A stretch of 63,424 bases of DNA, counting the filler, from Stramenopiles sp. TOSAG23-6 (Eukaryota): assembly GCA_900128565.1 (NCBI GenBank). It is 9 parts of 9 records of this genome, joined end to end, with 100 filler letters (N's around TTAATTAATTAA, not from the genome) between each part and the next. Parts side by side here need not be neighbours in the genome. Positions count along the whole stretch, not along the records: positions 54,575 to 62,242 come from LT636535.1; positions 62,343 to 63,424 come from LT639767.1; 7 more parts are not named here. One strand, given 5' to 3'. Positions 57,501 through 63,424 of the stretch are shown here, in pieces (position 1 is the first letter of the stretch; each line of letters opens with the position of its first letter). The notes beneath the pieces were generated by a model, which did not search any database, was not told where the DNA came from, and saw nothing but the letters and a program-made list of their open reading frames with translations. The position numbers were made by a program, and so were the translations under genes.

Positions 57501-60500
57501 TTTTTTTCACGAACTCATTTTTCATTTTACTTGCGTGTTCCTGAATCACAGCAAGTTCTTCCTCGTGTTTTTGTGCGAGTTTGCTGACTGCATCTTCCGC
57601 TGTCTCTGTAAGTCGAGCTAATTGGGATGCGAATGCGTCTTGATCTTTCTGTCGCATCTCGGTAAATTTCTTCTGCTCTATTTCACAAAATTTGACTGCT
57701 TCTTCTTTGACGCGAACAATTTCAGCATTGTGTTTCACTTCCATTGCCTTCACAGCAAATGAGACCTCACATAATTCAGCTTCATGTTTCGCTGACAACT
57801 TCTGTGCCATTGCGGTGATAAACTCTTCTTTTTTTTCTTTCAATGTTTTCACTGCAATAGCTACTTCGGCTAACTCTGTATCATGTTTTGTCTTCAACTC
57901 TTTTATACGAAGCGCTACATATTCATTCTTTTTCGATTCCATATCAAGTTTCGCCTTAGAAAGCTCAGTTTCGTGTTTCGCAATTAATTCTGCAGTCGCC
58001 GCTAAAATAGCACTTTCGACATATTCTTCTTTGACTTTGTTTAATTTCTTTACTAGCTTTGTTTGATTTGAATAATTCAGCTCTCTGTCGGATGCATTTT
58101 TCTGCTTCAATGATGAAGTTACTTGGTTATAATGTATTTGGAATTCTACAATCTTTTCATCTATTTTAAGTGCGTTCTTTGATGCGAGACTTGCAAGCTC
58201 ATGTTCGTGTCTAAGCTTCAATGTTGAAATTTCTTGATGATGAACTTCATCTTTTTGCTTTTTTTCACACAAAATCAAGTCTTGAATTGCTTTCAATTGG
58301 TGTTCACTAGATTCACTATACTGTATTTTTTGTTTTTCAAGTTCTCCTTCCAGGAGTAAAACTTGATTTTGTGCGACCTCTACGGAACGTTTCGTCGTAG
58401 CAAGTTTTCCAGCTGAAATATCTCGTGCTTCCTGTAGCACCAATAAATGATGCTCTGCGCATTCATCATATTGTGACTCCATCGCTTTCATTTTTTTTTC
58501 AAGGGCTGCAGTACGGGATTGAGATATTTCGTACCTTTTTTGTACTACATCAGCATTGTTCTGAACCGTTTCAAGTTTTTGTGTCAATTTGACACGCGCT
58601 TCTTCAAGCTCTCCTAAGTGATGCTCTGTAGATTCGCTATACTGTAACTCCATTACCCTAATCTTTTGTTCAAGATCAGTGGCATTAGATTGTGCTGCAT
58701 CTGCATTATGCTGAACTGTAACAGATGCCGTCTGTGCTTCTTGAAGAGCGATGAATTGTTGCTCCTCATGTTGGAAATATTGTGACTCTAATTTGTGTAT
58801 GCTCTCCCTGAGAGAACATAACTCGCCCTCGTGCTGTTTTCTTAAATTCTCCACGAAATCAATATGTATTTTTTCCAAGGAGGCAATTTGTGCATCATAA
58901 TTTTCTTTGGGATACATACGATGTTGAGAGACTGAAATACGAAGCTGCTCAAGATCTTTTTTCTTTAAAACAAGAGATGCTTCAAGCTCTTTACATTTCA
59001 CCTCGTTGTTTTTGTATTGATCTGTCAGACGTTTATATTCTGACTGCCAATGTTTCGCATCTTTCACAGCACGATCTAACTCAATTCTAAGTGTTTTATT
59101 ATGTGAAGCTGCAGATTTTTCCTCAAAATCTTGCATCGCTTTTGCTAGAGCATTCTTTTGGACAGATGCAAGCTCATTCAAAGCGGATTCACGCTGTTTA
59201 GATGCATCTTGGAGCATACGTTTTACTTCAGATTCATGGCTTTCCTTTAGATGTTCAATTTCTTGGACATGTACATGACACAACTCGGACTCTCGGCGTT
59301 CAGCTCGTGTTTTAATGCAAGTACTATAGTTTTCCAACTCTGTAATTTTTTTGTGCAAACTCTCTATGCGATCTTCAAATTTTGTGTCATTCTCGACACA
59401 TAAATTTTGCTTTATCTTTGATATTTCCTCATTAAGACGCGATATCTCCGATTTATGCGAAGATTCGATTTCTTGCCGTTCTTTATTAAAATCTTTTAAC
59501 TTTTTATTTAATGTAGCAATGGTAGATTGGAGATGACGAACTTCAGTTTCCTCAGATTCTTTCTCTGTAATTGTTATTGCAAGTCGACTTTGTGCTGTGC
59601 GAGCAAGATTGCGTAGCTCTTCTAATCGAGATTTAGCCAATGTTTGTTCATGGTCGGCAATTTGGAGTTTATTTTGTAACTCTTTAATACGATCAACATG
59701 CAGCCTTATACTTTCTTTATCTTTTAATTGACATTCCGATAATTCAACATTTACTGATTTTTGTAATTCAAATTCACGACGTAAACGATCAACATCAGCA
59801 TTATGCACAGCCAAATCTTTCATTTCACCTTGAAGTTGCATTTTAACAAATTTGCTATCTTTTCTCAGATCGTTTGCTATTTTTAGCTGTTGTTGTTCAT
59901 GACGAACTCTTAAACGATTAATATCTTGCTGTAAAACATTTATTTTACTTTCTTTCTCTGTCAATACAACTTTAGTATCATCTACAACATCTTGTAACTC
60001 ACGAAGTTTCATTTCATTAGAATGACACTCACTCTTATAACTTCCTATTTGTGTCAAAAATACATCAATACGCTTACGCTGCCGGGCTAATTCGGCCACA
60101 AGTGAAGTACATTTCCCCTCAGATACCACACGAGAGGCTTCTGCCTCAGTTACACTATCTTGAAGTATGATATTTTTTGACCGAAACATTGCAATTTCAG
60201 CCTGATGACTTTTAATTATAGCTTCCAATTTTTTCTTCTGATTACTTGCTCGAGCACGACGTATTTCCAATTCTTTCTCAAATTCCAATGTGTTGGTTGC
60301 TGATAAATCTGATGCGTTTTGTATTTCTCGTTTCAATTCTTCACACTCATTTTTTCTCTGATCACACTCGATTGTCTTTGTTCGCAGATGAACCCTTATT
60401 TCTTCAATTCTATGCCGCTGTCGTTGAAGTTCATGAAAATTTGATGAATAAAGGTTTTGTGTACCATCCAAGGAAGATACAGGTAATGTATTTTCCAAAT

Positions 60501-62242
60501 TCGATTGTGGTTTGTGGTTAGTATTTTTTTGTATTTCACTCAACTTTGATTCCAACTCTACATTTTTAATTTTCATCAAACGAAGCTCTTCCATTTTTTC
60601 AGAGAATAATAACTTTTGTTCCATATTCCTATTTTCATATTTCAATGATGAAGATTCCAAACTTTCCTTCAGTTTTGAACTTAGTTTAAGGTCCATATCC
60701 TGCAAACTCTTCGCCAGCGCAGCTTCAGCTCTTATTTTCTCCTCTTTCAATGCTAGCCTATGTGTTTCCAATAATTGTTTTGTTTTATGTTTCAATGTAT
60801 TTTTAGCTATTATTTCGTTGTTTTTCAATAATTGTGAAGATTCTGAAAGACGATCTTCAAACTCAATTGTAGATAAAGAATACTTTTCAGTAAATGCCTC
60901 ACTAATACTCGAAATTTCTTCTTTGTTTGAATTAACAACTCTCGATAGTTCTTCTTCATAGGATGAGTGCACTTTAGAAAACTTTTCTTTTTCTTCCGTT
61001 AATTGCTTCAGAATTTCAATTCGACATTTATTTTCACATTTTTGAAGGCTTTCCTCAGATGATCTCTGTGCAAACTCCATACGAGATTTTATGTTTGCAA
61101 CAGCTTCATTTTTTTCATTATCTTTTTTACTCATCATTTTATGCTCCTTATTTATAGCGTTTACTTCATATAATTCGTATGCCTCCTCCACATTGTGCAA
61201 TTTTTGTGTTATGAGAGAAACTTCAGTCTGTGAGAATTTAGCTTCATCTGTCACATGGGCAACTGCCGATTCAAGTTTTTTACGAGATAATAGAATAGAA
61301 GTATCATATTTTTGCTGCAGACTTTTGATATTACTGTTTAAACGTTCCATGACATCATCGTTTTCATTACATTTACGTTGTAGAGACCGTAAACGTGATT
61401 TTGTTGAACTAACCTCGCGATGAGCAGCAGTGACATCGTTTTTCATCTTTTTATTCCGCATATTTAGTTCTTGTGTCTCTTTTCGATAAATTCCAGATAG
61501 TTCGCACATATCAACCTCTTTTGCCTTTGAAATCGATGCATTTTCTTCAATGAGTTTCATTTCTCGCTCTTTCGATTCAGCTAAAGCTTGTTCTACGCTT
61601 TGAAAAGACATCTCAAGCTTGGCATTTTCAGCTGCCACACGAGCTCTTTCGCGCTCGATAGGCTCCATAAGGAAAACTTTCTCGGCCGAAGCTCGTTGTT
61701 TCTGAGCACGAAGTAACGAGTGTAATAATTTGATTTCATCATTAGCTTGTTTCAATTCTTCTACAGTACTCTGAATTATACTCGCACTTTGGCGCCTTTC
61801 TTCCACCAACATTGAGTTTTTTGCTGCTAAAGCCAAATTCGACAAATGCAATTTTTGCTTCAAACTTGAAATAAGAGCACCAACACCAGCACGATGTACA
61901 TAAGAATTATTCGTAATAGTTTGTGTAGATGCAGTACAAGCGATAGACCTCGTGGACTTCCTGTAGTCTTGCATTTCATTCCTCTGAAGTTCTCTCTGAA
62001 CGTGTGATTCATTAGAAGATGAGCTTATATTTTTATGTATGGCATTTGAATCATTAATACAGTTATTATGGGTATTTGTACATGACTGCTCTATTACTTC
62101 TTGATCAAACATCTGCATTGTGATACTTTGCCTTAGAGCTCTCTCGGCAGCTATGCGTTGCTCTCTCGCTTGTCTCAATGACAATATTTGTGGAGATATG
62201 TCATCGACAAAGTTAGCTATATCCTCTTGTGGAGATATGTCA
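54575..62242 (+). repeat. Third copy of the same contig (CDS 54629-57047 + and 57085-62241 -)
   Basis: Same length (7668 bp), boundaries and ORFs as 46807-54474. Confidence 0.95.
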
Positions 62243-62342
62243 NNNNNNNNNNNNNNNNNNNNNNNNNNNNNNNNNNNNNNNNNNNNTTAATTAATTAANN
62301 NNNNNNNNNNNNNNNNNNNNNNNNNNNNNNNNNNNNNNNNNN

Positions 62343-62398
62343 TTTTGTACCTAACAATTTTTTTTGAATTTTTTTTGAAATATTTTTCCAAAATACAC
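62343..62398 (+). mobile_element. Introner 3' half (apparent AC end), truncated by gap
   Basis: TTTTGTACCTAAC...TTTTTCCAAAATACAC|GTC CAA. Confidence 0.7.
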
Positions 62399-63424
62399 GT
62401 CCAAGCATCTAAATATAATAATATGTATATAAGGACTGAAGATAAAGAACACTGTTTATTATGTATCTTTAAAACAGTTATTATTCTGCTGAAAGTTCCA
62501 TCTAACTGGTATTTGTGGGATATGTATGTTGTTATACTTTATTTTAATTTTTTTTAATTTTTTTTTTTTTTTTTGAATGTTTTGTGAATTTTTTTATACT
62601 TTATTTTAATTTTTTTTTTTTTTTTTTTTTGATTGTTTTTTGAATTTTTTTTATACTTCATTTCGTATCTAATATATTTCAAATGTACTTGTATTATTGT
62701 ACAATACATTTCAAGTGAACCTGAGTTTACATTATTTTCAGCATTTGGTAGCAATGGTAGGTTTTATTTTCTTTCAATTTCGAATTTTTTTTTTTTTTTT
62801 TCATAGTAAATTTCATACCTAACAAAAAAACCATATTTTGAAATATGTTAAACTATATATGGATTCTGAAAATAGATAATGTTGAGTATACATCTACTCA
62901 TTATTCGTCAAAAAAACTACATATTGTATATAATAAAAAACATAAAAAAGGAATGGAATTTTTTGGTGTAGAATCAAATTATTCAAACCCTAACCCTAGT
63001 TCAATGATGACGTCAACAAAAGTAAATGAAAATACATTTTGTAATTTTTCAAATATTTGTACTAGAACAAAAAATGGAACAAAACTGTCAGAAACAATGC
63101 CTGTTCGTTCCAATACTAAAAATACTAAAAATACTAAAAATACTAATAATAATTCAGTACAAGAGATAGTGCCTCATGTAGCAGATGAAAGTTGGTCTTT
63201 TTTTTTTATGTATGAAGATAGAGCAGGTTTATTCCAAGATTTAATTCTTGAACAAAAAAATATTGTACAACAAAAAACACGAAATAATTTTAAACCAAAT
63301 TTTTATTTTGTAGATTATTTTATAGAAAATACATTTGAAGAATTTGTAGCAAATGATTCAAACAATACAGAGGATGATAAAGTATTAGGTGGATTAGGGT
63401 TTGAAAAAACTGAAGAAAATTTAT
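62399..63424 (+). CDS. Internal fragment of an unidentified protein; exons 62399-62523, 62710-62756, 62861-63424
   Basis: Splicing two introners gives ...WYLWD-I-SSEPEFTLFSAFGSN-G-ILKIDNVEY... with the frame continuing. Confidence 0.6.
62524..62709 (+). mobile_element. Expanded GT-AT introner (186 nt)
   Basis: GAT AT|GTATGTTG...TTCGTATCTAAT...TACAATACAT|T TCA; internal tandem duplication. Confidence 0.7.
62757..62860 (+). mobile_element. GT-AT introner (104 nt)
   Basis: AAT G|GTAGGTTTT...CATACCTAAC...CTATATAT|GG ATT CTG. Confidence 0.7.

Noticed and set aside
15633-62242. Apparent triplication of a 7.7-kb two-gene cassette
   Set aside because: Copies are separate contigs with the same start and ORFs, differing by one 39-bp repeat unit at the end; best explained as redundant assembly, not tandem amplification.
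7718-62342. TTAATTAATTAA motif recurring about every 7.8 kb
   Set aside because: Artificial linker within N padding; the periodicity reflects length-sorted contigs, so gene order across spacers is meaningless.
1-63424. Alternative genetic code as the cause of broken ORFs
   Set aside because: Genes end in TAA, TAG and TGA, long ORFs translate cleanly, and the breaks coincide with elements and usually involve frame changes.

Overview
Gene-dense, AT-rich nuclear DNA of a flagellated microbial eukaryote (radial-spoke head gene; stramenopile-like by inference). The window is not one locus. It is nine contigs joined by 100-nt N-TTAATTAATTAA-N spacers, with complete contigs in decreasing length order (7715, 7707, 7705, 7687, 7675, 7668, 7668 bp), and one contig is present three times. 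About 28 distinct genes or gene fragments are visible, including ZDHHC, PSMB2, POLR3F, RSPH4/6, a Cet1-type RNA triphosphatase, roadblock, two kinases, PCBD, an OSCA/TMEM63-like channel, a SET protein, and Sel1 and ankyrin-like repeat proteins. The main result is a family of ~90-110-nt repeated introns (introner-like) with consensus GTAYGTTTT...TTTCGTACGAAATTTYGTACCTAAC...TTTTYCAMAATAC-AT. I count 23 complete copies, 8 gap-truncated copies and one relict, always in the sense orientation of the host gene. Removing them restores conserved protein motifs, and in the best-constrained cases this works only if the 3' splice site is AT rather than AG (GT-AT introns). A GT-AT intron without the element core also splits the DHYC catalytic motif, and canonical GT-AG introns coexist in other genes. 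All splice junctions are inferred from frame and motif restoration, not from transcripts.
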